DNA of 64,000 nucleotides from Candidatus Pacebacteria bacterium CG_4_9_14_0_2_um_filter_40_15 (GCA_002788675.1 PFRS01000005.1:131731-195730), one strand, 5' to 3'; shown: positions 26,555 to 36,154, numbered from the stretch's first letter. The notes: generated from the letters alone by a model not told the origin. Numbers and translations are program-made.

Positions 26555-26790
26555 TCGTTTCTCGTTACTTCACCTTCATCAGAAACTACTACTTTGCCTG
26601 ATTCTAAGTCCTCCCCGACACGGTCAACCAAAGCACCTGCCATAGTTTGCAAGCCCTCAATTGCCTTAATTGCATTTTCTCGAGTTGCGCTCTTGGGATT
26701 TTTTTCCTCAAGCATTACGAGCATTTCTTGAATTTCTTCTTCAGTTGGTTTTCTTATCATATTTTTCCTTAATAGTTGCAAGTGTAACAC
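26551..26790 (-). CDS. Hypothetical small acidic protein
   Basis: 79-aa ORF, 4 bp downstream of the PLD nuclease gene on the same strand. Confidence 0.3.
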   Translation of the reverse strand: MLHLQLLRKNMIRKPTEEEIQEMLVMLEEKNPKSATRENAIKAIEGLQTMAGALVDRVGEDLESGKVVVSDEGEVTRND

Positions 26791-26794
26791 GAAA

Positions 26795-27235
26795 CTAGAT
26801 AAATCGCCCTAGTTTTAAGAAATGAAACATCTTTTGTGCATGTCCATCGCCCACAGTCCTTCTCATCAACTCTCGACTATTGGCTTGAGATAGTATGTTC
26901 AGACTGCCTTCCCACAAGATATCCCTATCAATAATCGCTAACTTCCTGTGATGATTGTTACTAGTCACCAGAACCTGGACACCAACTCTCTCAAAATACT
27001 CAATCACTTCCTCTGCCTGCAACTGCATTGCTGGCATATGCTTGTTGGGATCTCTTGTAATAACATAAACTTTTACACCATCAGCTATTAGCTTTTCAAA
27101 AACAGGGCACAGTGTAAGTGTTCTGTCATTCGTAATAAATGGACTTTCAATCACGACTTCACGCTTTGCGTGAAGTAAATCCTGCCCAAATTTCTTGTAA
27201 AAAGTAGTTTCATCAAATAATGAGGTACTAAACAT
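26795..27235 (-). CDS. Single-HKD phospholipase-D-family nuclease (Nuc-like)
   Basis: 'NHHRKLAIIDRD' gives the HxK(x)4D motif; 146 aa, the size of Nuc-type endonucleases. Confidence 0.55.
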   Translation of the reverse strand: MFSTSLFDETTFYKKFGQDLLHAKREVVIESPFITNDRTLTLCPVFEKLIADGVKVYVITRDPNKHMPAMQLQAEEVIEYFERVGVQVLVTSNNHHRKLAIIDRDILWEGSLNILSQANSRELMRRTVGDGHAQKMFHFLKLGRFI

Positions 27236-27258
27236 CTTTCGTCTCCTTTTCTATATTA

Positions 27259-27329
27259 TCACAATATATAAGACGTAGTTCCTCGAGTTCAGCTAAAAAT
27301 GGTTCAAACTGTTGAGCCTTAGGGTCACA
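27259..27329 (+). repeat. 71-bp intergenic direct repeat, copy 1 (TCACAATATATAAGACGTAGTTCCTCGAGTTCAGCTAAAAATGGTTCAAACTGTTGAGCCTTAGGGTCACA)
   Basis: Near-identical copies at 28601-28671 and 29866-29936; degenerate copy at 30584-30623. Confidence 0.85.
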
Positions 27330-27335
27330 ACGCAG

Positions 27336-27365
27336 AAAAAGATCCATTCATGGATCTTTTTTTGT
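27336..27365 (+). terminator. Rho-independent terminator-like hairpin (agatccat-tc-atggatct + T7) immediately after repeat copy 1
   Basis: Perfect 8-bp stem followed by 'ttttttt'. Confidence 0.5.
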
Positions 27366-27550
27366 GTTTTGATTCTACAGAGGATGGCGATCCGCCGAAT
27401 GAAATGAGGCTGGGTTCGCGCACATCAAGTGAGCGAAGCGAACATGAGAAGTACTCTTGGGGTGATTCCGCGTGGGGTCACATTATGTAATTTTGACACC
27501 ATAAATATTCAAGTCAAAAATCTATATACTTTTTTGCTACAATATCTTAT

Positions 27551-28495
27551 ATGCACGAAATTCAGGTTGATTGTCCCACTCCCCATGACATCCTTAACAC
27601 AAAAGAGGCACGTGATCAGCTCGTCTCTCAACTGAAAGCAACCTTAACACTTGTTGACTATGGTGATGGCCAAACATTTTATAAATCAAAAGATCAAAAT
27701 GTGTCTCAGATAGTCATTGATAGTGTCTTTACTGAAGAAGAACGTCAAAAAAAAATTGCCGAGGCAAGTAATGACATTAAAGGAAGACCGGTTAGATATT
27801 ATAGAGAAATTTCTATAAATCACTTATTAAACATTATTAACAATGCCGAAGAATCTCCCAACGATTATCATAAGGGCGTTCCAAATCCAAGCGAAAACCA
27901 GTTGCGTGCGTTATGTAGTTTCTTACTCTCGATTCGAGATAAAAAAATGAATATAGATAAGCCTATAGCAAATATACTCACATTAGCATTTCCAAATGCT
28001 AACCAGAGTGAAATTATGAATCTGCTTAAGACTGATGACTTCGATTGGAAAAGTGCACTCTCATTCATTCAAAAAAATCTTTCTGAGAAAGAATTGAAAC
28101 TTCTACATTCGGTTGCTTTTTCTGGAAGAGAACATATTCTTCCCTTTTCCCCATTTTTTTCTATATGTCCTGGAGGACCTAGATTTTATCCACCAACACA
28201 TTCTCAAGTAATAATTGAAATGGTTATACCAGATTCTGAAGTATCTATTAACGAAAGTAATAAAACACTTGCTGAAAGAGAAGCATTAGTTACAAAAGTA
28301 AAAAGATCATACATATCTAAAATTATTTTTAGTGAAAAAGCCTTCATTGAACAGATAATTTTAAACCCCACAACTCCTATTGGAGAGTTTGTTACAAAAA
28401 AAGCTGATGAAGGTGTTGATATAAGTAGAGCTCATTCAATGTGGTTTAGAGAAGTGCCGATTGGGGAAACAATTCCCGCTTCATTAAGTCAGTAG
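27551..28495 (+). CDS. Hypothetical protein (cassette gene)
   Basis: 314-aa ORF flanked by repeat copies 1 and 2; no recognisable motif. Confidence 0.35.
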   Translation: MHEIQVDCPTPHDILNTKEARDQLVSQLKATLTLVDYGDGQTFYKSKDQNVSQIVIDSVFTEEERQKKIAEASNDIKGRPVRYYREISINHLLNIINNAEESPNDYHKGVPNPSENQLRALCSFLLSIRDKKMNIDKPIANILTLAFPNANQSEIMNLLKTDDFDWKSALSFIQKNLSEKELKLLHSVAFSGREHILPFSPFFSICPGGPRFYPPTHSQVIIEMVIPDSEVSINESNKTLAEREALVTKVKRSYISKIIFSEKAFIEQIILNPTTPIGEFVTKKADEGVDISRAHSMWFREVPIGETIPASLSQ

Positions 28496-28600
28496 TACAT
28501 ACCCCAGACTTTTCTTTATCTACCAATATTCCTCAGTTCAGTAGCCCTATATCTTGAAACAAAGAAATACTAAACATTATCCATCTCCATTTCTATCTTA

Positions 28601-28671
28601 TCTAAATATATAAGACGTAGTTCCTCAAGTTGAGCTAAAAATGGTTCAAACTGTTGAGCCTTGGGGTCACA
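28601..28671 (+). repeat. 71-bp intergenic direct repeat, copy 2
   Basis: About 90% identical to copy 1. Confidence 0.85.
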
Positions 28672-28731
28672 GCGATTTTTCCTCGAGAGTTTTTATACCC
28701 TAAGTGCAACATTGAACCTTCTTTCTTTTTT

Positions 28732-28761
28732 GGCGCGATTAGTGGCGCGATTTTGGCGCGA
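28732..28761 (+). promoter_or_regulatory. Three tandem GGCGCGA(T/C)T repeats immediately upstream of the fic start; candidate operator
   Basis: 'tggcgcgattagtggcgcgattttggcgcgactc' followed by 'tataat' at 28770-28775 and the ATG at 28782. Confidence 0.3.
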
Positions 28762-28781
28762 CTCTGTGCTATAATAAAAAC

Positions 28782-29840
28782 ATGTTTAAACCAAACTTTA
28801 CAATCACGCCAGAAATCAATAACAAAATTGCCGAAATCGAAAAACTGAAATCACTTTTCGATCAAGCAAATATTCTTCCTGAGTTAGCTATAGAATTACG
28901 ATTTCGAGCAACTGTTGAATCTGTTCATAGTTCCACATCTATTGAGGGAAACCCACTAAATGAGCAAGAAGTTCAGAATGTACTAGAAGGAAATACTGTT
29001 TCTGCACCTGAGTATGCAATACAAGAAGTCCTTAACTACAAAAATGCAATGAACTGGCTCAATCAAGGGAAAATCTCAACAGAAGGATTGAGTGAAAAGG
29101 ACATCCAAAAGCTTCATAGCTTAGTAATGGAAAAACTATTGCAACCAGAAAAGGTTGGTTCATTCCGCCCTGGAGATATATATGTTGTTGATCAAATTAA
29201 AAATAAAGAAATAATTCAGTATCAGGGTCCTAATGCAAAAGAGTTAAAACAACTAGTAGCTTCTTTTTTAAAATGGATTAGCATCCAAAAAAGTGAATCA
29301 AAACTTCATCCGGTACTACTTGCGGGTTTAATCCACTACATTTTTGTTTCAATTCATCCATTCTCTGACGGAAACGGAAGAACTACTAGACTTCTCACCT
29401 ATCAATATCTCAAATCTGTTAATTACGACTTCAATGATTCTCTATCACTAGACAGTTACTATCTACAAAATCGAGAAAGATACTATGAAGCACTCAGCAG
29501 AGGTAGAACCTTTGATGATCGCATGTTCTCTGACATCACACCCTTTTTAGAATTTTTTGTAGATGGCTTTTTGAACTCAGTAAAAAGTCTCACAAAATAT
29601 GTACAAATTGGAAAAGTATTAGATAGTTCAAAAAAACCGGTAAGACTTAATCAGGAGGAGCTAGCAATACTAGACTATGTCTATCAGTTTAAGTCTATTT
29701 CACTTGAAGATGCAGTAATTGCGACAGGAGCAACCAGGAGAACCGTTCAAAGAAGACTAAGCAATTTAGTTGACAAAATGATTCTTGAAGTCAAAGGTAA
29801 AGGGCCTGCTACAGAGTATCACCTAGCATCAAGAAAATAG
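28782..29840 (+). CDS. Fic/Doc-family protein (AMPylation/adenylyltransferase fold)
   Basis: Canonical Fic motif 'HPFSDGNGRTTR'. Confidence 0.75.
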   Translation: MFKPNFTITPEINNKIAEIEKLKSLFDQANILPELAIELRFRATVESVHSSTSIEGNPLNEQEVQNVLEGNTVSAPEYAIQEVLNYKNAMNWLNQGKISTEGLSEKDIQKLHSLVMEKLLQPEKVGSFRPGDIYVVDQIKNKEIIQYQGPNAKELKQLVASFLKWISIQKSESKLHPVLLAGLIHYIFVSIHPFSDGNGRTTRLLTYQYLKSVNYDFNDSLSLDSYYLQNRERYYEALSRGRTFDDRMFSDITPFLEFFVDGFLNSVKSLTKYVQIGKVLDSSKKPVRLNQEELAILDYVYQFKSISLEDAVIATGATRRTVQRRLSNLVDKMILEVKGKGPATEYHLASRK

Positions 29841-29865
29841 GTTTTAACTAATTTCTCATTGGTCG

Positions 29866-29936
29866 TCACAATATATAAGACGTAGTTCCTCGAGTTCAGC
29901 TAAAAATGGTTCAAACTGTTGAGCCTTAGGGTCACA
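29866..29936 (+). repeat. 71-bp intergenic direct repeat, copy 3
   Basis: Identical to copy 1 except at its ends. Confidence 0.85.
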
Positions 29937-29946
29937 TTCAATACAA

Positions 29947-30396
29947 TTAAGTTAATTTGTCCAATTCATTTGCTAACCTCATTTTCAACTTCTCAAGTCT
30001 TTCTTTTGTAGGTCGAGCAGTTTCAGCTGCCAAAACTTCTTTACCCAAAGTCCATATCGGCATTTTGGGATCAGGATCTGTTCCATATCTAGGAATTAGA
30101 TGCCAATGCACGTGATTGTCTGTATTTCCTAGTAATTCATAGTTAAGCTTGATTGGCTTAAATGCCTTGCACACTGCTTCAGCAACTACCGCCATTTCAT
30201 GAAGAAATACATCTCTAGTTTGAGTATCTAAATCATGAAGCTCTTTAATATGTAGCTTTCCCAAAAAAATCGTATACCCTTCAAATAATTGGAAATCACA
30301 TAATACAACGTAACCCGTTTCCAATTCCTTAACAAAATATGGATTCTCGTTATTTTTAATGTCAGAAATTCTTTGACAAATAAAACAATGATTCAT
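29947..30396 (-). CDS. HIT-family (histidine triad) nucleotide hydrolase/transferase
   Basis: 'NHVHWHLIPRY' is the histidine-triad motif. Confidence 0.7.
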   Translation of the reverse strand: MNHCFICQRISDIKNNENPYFVKELETGYVVLCDFQLFEGYTIFLGKLHIKELHDLDTQTRDVFLHEMAVVAEAVCKAFKPIKLNYELLGNTDNHVHWHLIPRYGTDPDPKMPIWTLGKEVLAAETARPTKERLEKLKMRLANELDKLT

Positions 30397-30583
30397 AGGT
30401 ATTTTCCTCTCTATTTTTTACTATTTCTTGATTTCGAATAATTGGAAAGAAGTAAATGCTCCTCCTGTTTTTTTGACCAAAAGTTACTCATAAACATCTT
30501 CCTCCATTTCTAGCATACTAACAGTACCATTAAAATAGATAAAGCCAAGCTCTTTTAGGCGAGCATACGTCTTGAGGATACTT

Positions 30584-30623
30584 GCAAAAAATAGTTCCAA
30601 CTGAGGATTTGTGGGCTCACAAC
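30584..30623 (+). repeat. Degenerate partial copy of the 71-bp repeat (gcaaaaaatagttccaactgaggatttgtgggctcacaac)
   Basis: Aligns with 'gctaaaaatggttcaaactgttgagccttagggtcacaac' with ~10 mismatches. Confidence 0.5.
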
Positions 30624-30701
30624 AAAAGAGAACCCCGAACCACATTCAATTAAAATGGTATACTGCTTTGTATACAGATGTGCTATTCCATTTAAAAAGG
30701 A

Positions 30702-31877
30702 TTGCTACATCTAGAAAGCATTACTTTGTTGAGACAAGAAATTGGTGCAAGCCGAGAAGAAAGAATTGCTCAAGTTGAGAAATGCCCTCGTCTTTTTCTT
30801 CACAGGAGAGCTAAAAGCACCTGGAACTCACTCCATTTGATGATGGACACTGAAACTGGCTTTCCAATTGACCGATGGACTACAGATCGCAGTGAGATTT
30901 CTTATCAAACTAAACCTACAAATATTGGTTTGGGTCTCCTGTCCTATTTAGCAGCGGAAGAACTCCAATGTATCGTCCCAGAAGAAGCTAATCATGGTAT
31001 TCAAAAAATACTGGATAGCTTACTAAAAATACAAAAAAACCCATACTTCTTTGACTGGTACGATAGTCGCACAGGTCAACCATTAGAATTTTGGCCAGAA
31101 AGTAATCAGAAACTTACTCCTTTTGTTTCTACAGTTGATAATGCTTGGCTTATACTTGCACTGCTACTGATCCGTCAGTGTAAACCACAGTTTAGACAAA
31201 TAGATGAACTACTCCAGCCACTAGACATGGATACTTTTTTTGATGAAGAACACAATGAATTTGTGGGTGGATTTGCAGGAGAAGAACCTACTTCATGGCG
31301 ATATTCAAACCTTTTTCTCTCAGAATCTAGAATTGCACATCATGTCAAAGCAGTCATGAATAAAGATAGAGATTTACCAGCAAATAGGATGACCAAGAAT
31401 ACTGGAAATTGGCCTGAAAGTTCATTTGGTGGTTCCATGTTTGAACTGCTCATGCCACAACTCTTTATTGATGAACCTTATCTTCAAGATGCTGTTATAA
31501 AACATATTCAGCAACAAATAGAGTACGGAAAAACACATGCTGAGACGTTCTGGGGATTATCTGTTTGTGAAACACCTGATGGGTATACAGAACTGGGAGT
31601 TGGAGGTCATTATCAACAATTTCCTATTATAACTCCACACGCAATTTTTTTAACTCTACAGGCTTCTCCCGAAGAAGCACTCCAGCTACTTCGCCTGTTG
31701 GAAGCAACATTCCCAGTGTACTCGACTGACATGGGGTATCAAGATAGTGTTGACGTTCAATCAAGCAAGGTTGCCAAATCACAACTTTTTCTTGATAATG
31801 CCATGATTCTACTAGCAATTACAAATAATTTGTCTAAAGGATTTTTCCAACAGCGATTCAATGAAATGTATACCTGA
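30702..31877 (+). CDS. Hypothetical protein (W-rich, possibly alpha/alpha-barrel hydrolase-like)
   Basis: 391-aa ORF; no firm motif. Confidence 0.35.
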   Translation: MLHLESITLLRQEIGASREERIAQVEKCPRLFLHRRAKSTWNSLHLMMDTETGFPIDRWTTDRSEISYQTKPTNIGLGLLSYLAAEELQCIVPEEANHGIQKILDSLLKIQKNPYFFDWYDSRTGQPLEFWPESNQKLTPFVSTVDNAWLILALLLIRQCKPQFRQIDELLQPLDMDTFFDEEHNEFVGGFAGEEPTSWRYSNLFLSESRIAHHVKAVMNKDRDLPANRMTKNTGNWPESSFGGSMFELLMPQLFIDEPYLQDAVIKHIQQQIEYGKTHAETFWGLSVCETPDGYTELGVGGHYQQFPIITPHAIFLTLQASPEEALQLLRLLEATFPVYSTDMGYQDSVDVQSSKVAKSQLFLDNAMILLAITNNLSKGFFQQRFNEMYT

Positions 31878-32117
31878 TGTTTGGAAAAATTCTAATGGTT
31901 TGACGACAGAATCTAGACCATTTCATGTATCTTAAAAAATCCAGTGTTTATGACAGGTTTTTTCTTAAGAGTATTTTTTCTGTGAATGAATTAAAGCTGC
32001 ATATAAATGAAGACTGACCTTCAATTAAATCTCAGATACTAAGATCACTCTCTGAAGTAAATGCTTGAGTGACTCCCAGTAGTATCGAATTCATATTTTA
32101 TTGGTTTCTCCGTTTAT

Positions 32118-32330
32118 ACTTCAGAAGAGCCAATTTTTTCCACTGATTCCCCCACCTTTTTTGTGCCAATGGTATCGATTTCTACCCCATCAGCATCAGC
32201 AGAAATGAGGCCAGTAATTATACTATGCTGCTTCAGCACATCGTACTTATTTAAAAAACGTATTGCTGGTGGATTCTGTTCATATCCAGCTACCTCAATT
32301 ATAAGTGTGGCAAAAATTGATGTATTAAAT
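32118..32330 (-). pseudogene. Start-less ~70-codon open frame on the minus strand; possible 3' gene remnant
   Basis: Reverse-complement translation '...FNTSIFATLIIEVAGYEQNPPAIRFLNKYDVLKQHSIITGLISADADGVEIDTIGTKKVGESVEKIGSSEV*' has no internal stop but no ATG/GTG/TTG start. Confidence 0.2.
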
Positions 32331-32457
32331 TAGTAAGTAATAAGTCTTCCTCTAAAAAATAAGTATCAACTGCAAGAAATGAGATTGACAGATGCATATT
32401 TGATACATATAATGTGCAGCCAATTGTTCTTTCTGCCAGCACTATAAAAAGATACCT

Positions 32458-34146
32458 ATGAGATTTGAACAAAAATCTAGAGTAGCTCAACAAACAGAAG
32501 AAGTACGCACACTTTGCGAACATATTGACATTCCCCACGACTCAATCATTCTTGTTAGTGGCGAACTACCTGGAACAGGTTCAACCTCCGTCACACAACT
32601 GCTTTCTGAAGTATTAGAAACTGCTAGATATACCACAGCTGCGTATTCAATTGGAAACATAATTCGAGAACTTGTGGTAAGTAAGGGCTTCTCAGCTAGC
32701 GAAGAAGGCATGATGCAAGCCAAAGCAGCAGGAGTCATACCAGACGATCCAGAACAGTTTGATCAAAGAGTATATGAAGAAGCATTACTACAAAACGGAG
32801 TCGTGATCATTGAAGGAAAAGCTGCTACTCATACTGGCTATCATATACTTCAAAGAATAACTGACAGACCAATCTATTTAGTTGATCTACGGCTAGATCC
32901 AGTAACTTCAGCCATTAGAGTGTTAAGACGAGAGGGATATGACCTTGAGCATATTTTTCGATCACCCGAACTACTGCCACAATACAGGAATATGATACTC
33001 GATAGAACAAACCTCATTAAGGATAAACTTCAAAACAGCTATGGAGAGGAAAAATACTATCCAAATAAGGCTAAAAAGCGACTTCAAATTAACACTGCGC
33101 ATATGCAACCATTAGAAGTTGTTTCAGATCTCCTCAGTTCGGCTGCACTAACAGATACTTTTTCTTCCTGGGAAGAAGAAAGTCTTATACAGGCAGTCGA
33201 TAACTTATACTCCATCTACCTGAGCTTAACAAATACCGGTGCAGTGCATCAGCTCGACGAAGAGCACTTTCTATATAATGTAGCTAGAGTCAAATATGCT
33301 ATACAACAAGCAAAAATAAACACCAATAAAGAAGCACTCGATAAGGTTAGGGAACGACTCTCTCAAGATTTGATTTCACTTGTATATGCACTCTTAATGA
33401 AAATACTTCCCAGATATTTCTATGAAATTGGGACTGAAAAAAACATTGTGGTTGATACTGTTTCACAAAAATGGACTCCAGAGTTTTATAAAGTCATTAA
33501 TGGATGGGACAGTATAGTCTCACACCTAAAAGACACAACTGTTCTTGACCCTTTTGCAGGTAGCGGAACATACCTCAACTTACTAACTGCAAAGGGTGTG
33601 GTTAGTCATGCCTATATGTCAGATCTATCGTATCCTGGTGGCAAGGCACTGAACGGATACGATGTTACCTATGCACCAGAAATTAATATGATTGTTTTTC
33701 AATCAATTTTTGATGAACTTCCCTCATGGTACTATCCTAAAATAGATGAATCATTCAGTGGATTTATTACTGCCGATGCTCTTCACCTACCCTTTAGCGA
33801 TAATGCAGTAGACTGGATAACAGGAGATCCACCGTATGGGAAAAACCTTCAGGATGGATCTATAGGACTACTCAAAACAATGTTACCAGAACTTTTTAGA
33901 GTTTCTAGAATGGGTCTATTACTCATGGTGCCCATAGACTGGGTGGATGATTTACTCAAATTAGAGGAATACAAAACCACTCAACTCACAACCGATTTAT
34001 CTTCTGGGTTTTCTCACTTTAAAATTTGCTTAGTAAAAATGGAACAGAATGTCGAACAAAATAGTGAATCCCCCATTGTAAGCGAAAGCCCCGTCGATGC
34101 ATTCATTCTCTCGGCCACTGCCCAAACCATAGCGTTAGAAGTATAA
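32458..34146 (+). CDS. Fusion protein: N-terminal P-loop-like (nucleotide-kinase-like) domain + C-terminal amino-methyltransferase with DPPY motif
   Basis: SAM motif I 'LDPFAGSGTYL' precedes motif IV 'GDPPYG' (gamma-type order, N6-A/N4-C DNA or N2-G RNA MTase families). N-terminal 'SGELPGTGSTS' is a degenerate P-loop. No partner endonuclease is evident. Confidence 0.45.
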   Translation: MRFEQKSRVAQQTEEVRTLCEHIDIPHDSIILVSGELPGTGSTSVTQLLSEVLETARYTTAAYSIGNIIRELVVSKGFSASEEGMMQAKAAGVIPDDPEQFDQRVYEEALLQNGVVIIEGKAATHTGYHILQRITDRPIYLVDLRLDPVTSAIRVLRREGYDLEHIFRSPELLPQYRNMILDRTNLIKDKLQNSYGEEKYYPNKAKKRLQINTAHMQPLEVVSDLLSSAALTDTFSSWEEESLIQAVDNLYSIYLSLTNTGAVHQLDEEHFLYNVARVKYAIQQAKINTNKEALDKVRERLSQDLISLVYALLMKILPRYFYEIGTEKNIVVDTVSQKWTPEFYKVINGWDSIVSHLKDTTVLDPFAGSGTYLNLLTAKGVVSHAYMSDLSYPGGKALNGYDVTYAPEINMIVFQSIFDELPSWYYPKIDESFSGFITADALHLPFSDNAVDWITGDPPYGKNLQDGSIGLLKTMLPELFRVSRMGLLLMVPIDWVDDLLKLEEYKTTQLTTDLSSGFSHFKICLVKMEQNVEQNSESPIVSESPVDAFILSATAQTIALEV

Positions 34147-34315
34147 AAGCAGAAACTTCTCTATTTTGTTGATTACTTTGCATCGAATCATAGACATACT
34201 ATAAGATCACTTGTTAGTAGATAACCGAGACTAATAGATACTCTCTTTTGAAAAAAATACAATACAGATCAAACTTTTTTCCAACTTTACAAGCACTGTA
34301 ACTACCAACTTTTAT

Positions 34316-35038
34316 TTACTTTCCACGTTCCAATTGAGGAATAGTTCCTGAAAGGTTCATTTTCCCACCGATTAAATCCATGTGTTGAATATCTAAACTG
34401 GAAACCTGTTGCATTCTTCTTGAAACAGCATCTTCAACTGCTGAAACAACCCTACCAGTAATATCAGCAGGAACGGCAACAGTACCAATCCTTAAGTTAG
34501 AAACACCAGCAGATACTTGATTGCTAGAAACACTAGCAGTACCCATCATATACACAGGTAAATCGCCATTTATGAAGGTTGCATATTTTGCTGCTGATTC
34601 AATTTGCTGGTCGCTGTATCCCAACTCTTTTGCCAAACTTATAGCTGTTTCAACTTTGAGCATTCCTGAAGCCTCTGCCGTGCCATCTGCATGAATTTTT
34701 ACTTGGACATTGTAAAAGGGTGTTAGAGCCCAATTTTTTGACCAACTATCCAGAACAGACGTCACTTCTTGGTCGGAATATGAACCAGATACATCAACTG
34801 ATCCCTCGTATTCAGGCATTCCACTATATGGTTTGTCATCTTCTGAAAGCTCTACATCGTGACCAAGATCATCATTTATTTTTGCAACTTGGACTGGATC
34901 AGGCCGAATACCCAAATCGACTTGTTTCACAAAGAGCGCTGAGAGCCCCGGCACTACTCCAATATATGCAAGAGCCAAAACTCCGGCTGCAAAGATCACA
35001 ATGAGTAAAATAAAAAAAGAAATGAATAATTTTTTCAT
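34316..35038 (-). CDS. N-terminally anchored secreted/periplasmic protein, hypothetical
   Basis: 'MKKLFISFFILLIVIFAAGVLALAYIG' is a signal/anchor sequence. Confidence 0.35.
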   Translation of the reverse strand: MKKLFISFFILLIVIFAAGVLALAYIGVVPGLSALFVKQVDLGIRPDPVQVAKINDDLGHDVELSEDDKPYSGMPEYEGSVDVSGSYSDQEVTSVLDSWSKNWALTPFYNVQVKIHADGTAEASGMLKVETAISLAKELGYSDQQIESAAKYATFINGDLPVYMMGTASVSSNQVSAGVSNLRIGTVAVPADITGRVVSAVEDAVSRRMQQVSSLDIQHMDLIGGKMNLSGTIPQLERGK

Positions 35039-35089
35039 AATACAAAGCAGTATATCACTCAGCTGCTTAGTCTAGTAGATTGTACTCTT

Positions 35090-36154
35090 TTAGTACGCAG
35101 ACGTAATAATAGCTGTCATTAAAGTAGCAGGCTCAATCGTACTTAGTGCTGTTGGCAATGCAGTAATCCGTGCTGAAATGTTCAAAATATTTGCTAGTGC
35201 ATTTATAACTCTAATGGAATTGAGTGTATTTCTTAATGAAGCATCTTCAGCCAAACTCAGTGTAACCTGCTCCTGTTCAGCAATTCTAGTAATGCTGTTT
35301 GAAACTGCAGATATTGGTTGATCATACAGAGCGTCAATAAGTTTGTAATCCCATGCATTACTTTCATCTCGAAAGAATACAACATTATCTTGACCAATAA
35401 TATCTACTATTGTTCCGGTCTCGTTTGTATACTTAATTGCTCGCGTTACAAACTCAGCCACAACAGTTCGTAACTCTTCATCATTTTTAATGCTTTCCAA
35501 CAACTTACTTAAAAAAGGATGAATCTTTTCTAAGTCTGCAACTTGAACGGTGCCTTGTTCATTTAGATTATATAGCGAAGCTCGGGTGACTCGATCATAT
35601 GCAGACTGATACATTGGAGTAACAACTGGTCGTAGCTCTGCAAGACCTGCCGTGAGTGTGATCTTACTCGGATTGTGTACAACGTCTGCTTTTTCTTGAA
35701 ATGAAATACTTGACCACACATACTCGCCTTCAAAACTTTGTAACTGTGAAACTCGCTCACTCCCATCACCAATAATTTTTTGTACGCTTGCTAGTATGTC
35801 GGCATTGACAGGTATTTTTATTACACTAAATGTTTGCTTTAATACATGCTCTGAACCAAAATAGTTCTGTAATACTGCTAATTGTTGTTCCCTATCTCTT
35901 TTGTCCGACTCAAATTGTGCACGTAACTCAGCTTCATCTCCACCAGTAACAGCTACTTCTACTGCCTGTAATAGTGGCTTCATTTCAACTTTCCCAACAA
36001 TGTTCGGATGATCTGGAAAACTAAAGACTACTTGTCTGCCACCATACCCTTCAAGTTTGGGTTGATATTTTTGAATTCTTTTATTTTCTACTTGAGACAA
36101 GTTAGAAAGCACATTTGGATTTGTTTTTTCGTTACTCATATCTGATTTGATCAT
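35090..36154 (-). CDS. Hypothetical protein
   Basis: 354-aa ORF with no recognisable motif. Confidence 0.35.
   Translation of the reverse strand: MIKSDMSNEKTNPNVLSNLSQVENKRIQKYQPKLEGYGGRQVVFSFPDHPNIVGKVEMKPLLQAVEVAVTGGDEAELRAQFESDKRDREQQLAVLQNYFGSEHVLKQTFSVIKIPVNADILASVQKIIGDGSERVSQLQSFEGEYVWSSISFQEKADVVHNPSKITLTAGLAELRPVVTPMYQSAYDRVTRASLYNLNEQGTVQVADLEKIHPFLSKLLESIKNDEELRTVVAEFVTRAIKYTNETGTIVDIIGQDNVVFFRDESNAWDYKLIDALYDQPISAVSNSITRIAEQEQVTLSLAEDASLRNTLNSIRVINALANILNISARITALPTALSTIEPATLMTAIITSAY

Noticed and set aside
27380-27440. GC-rich stretch 'gaggatggcgatccgccgaatgaaatgaggctgggttcgcgcacatcaagtgagcgaagcgaac', a possible tRNA/ncRNA
   Set aside because: No cloverleaf-compatible T-arm (GGTTCGAATCC-like) or anticodon-arm pairing could be found by inspection. 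Left unannotated.
27259-29936. The three 71-bp direct repeats as a CRISPR array
   Set aside because: Repeats are 71 bp and separated by 1.2-1.3 kb gene-containing segments, not 25-50 bp repeats with 25-70 bp spacers. No cas genes are present.
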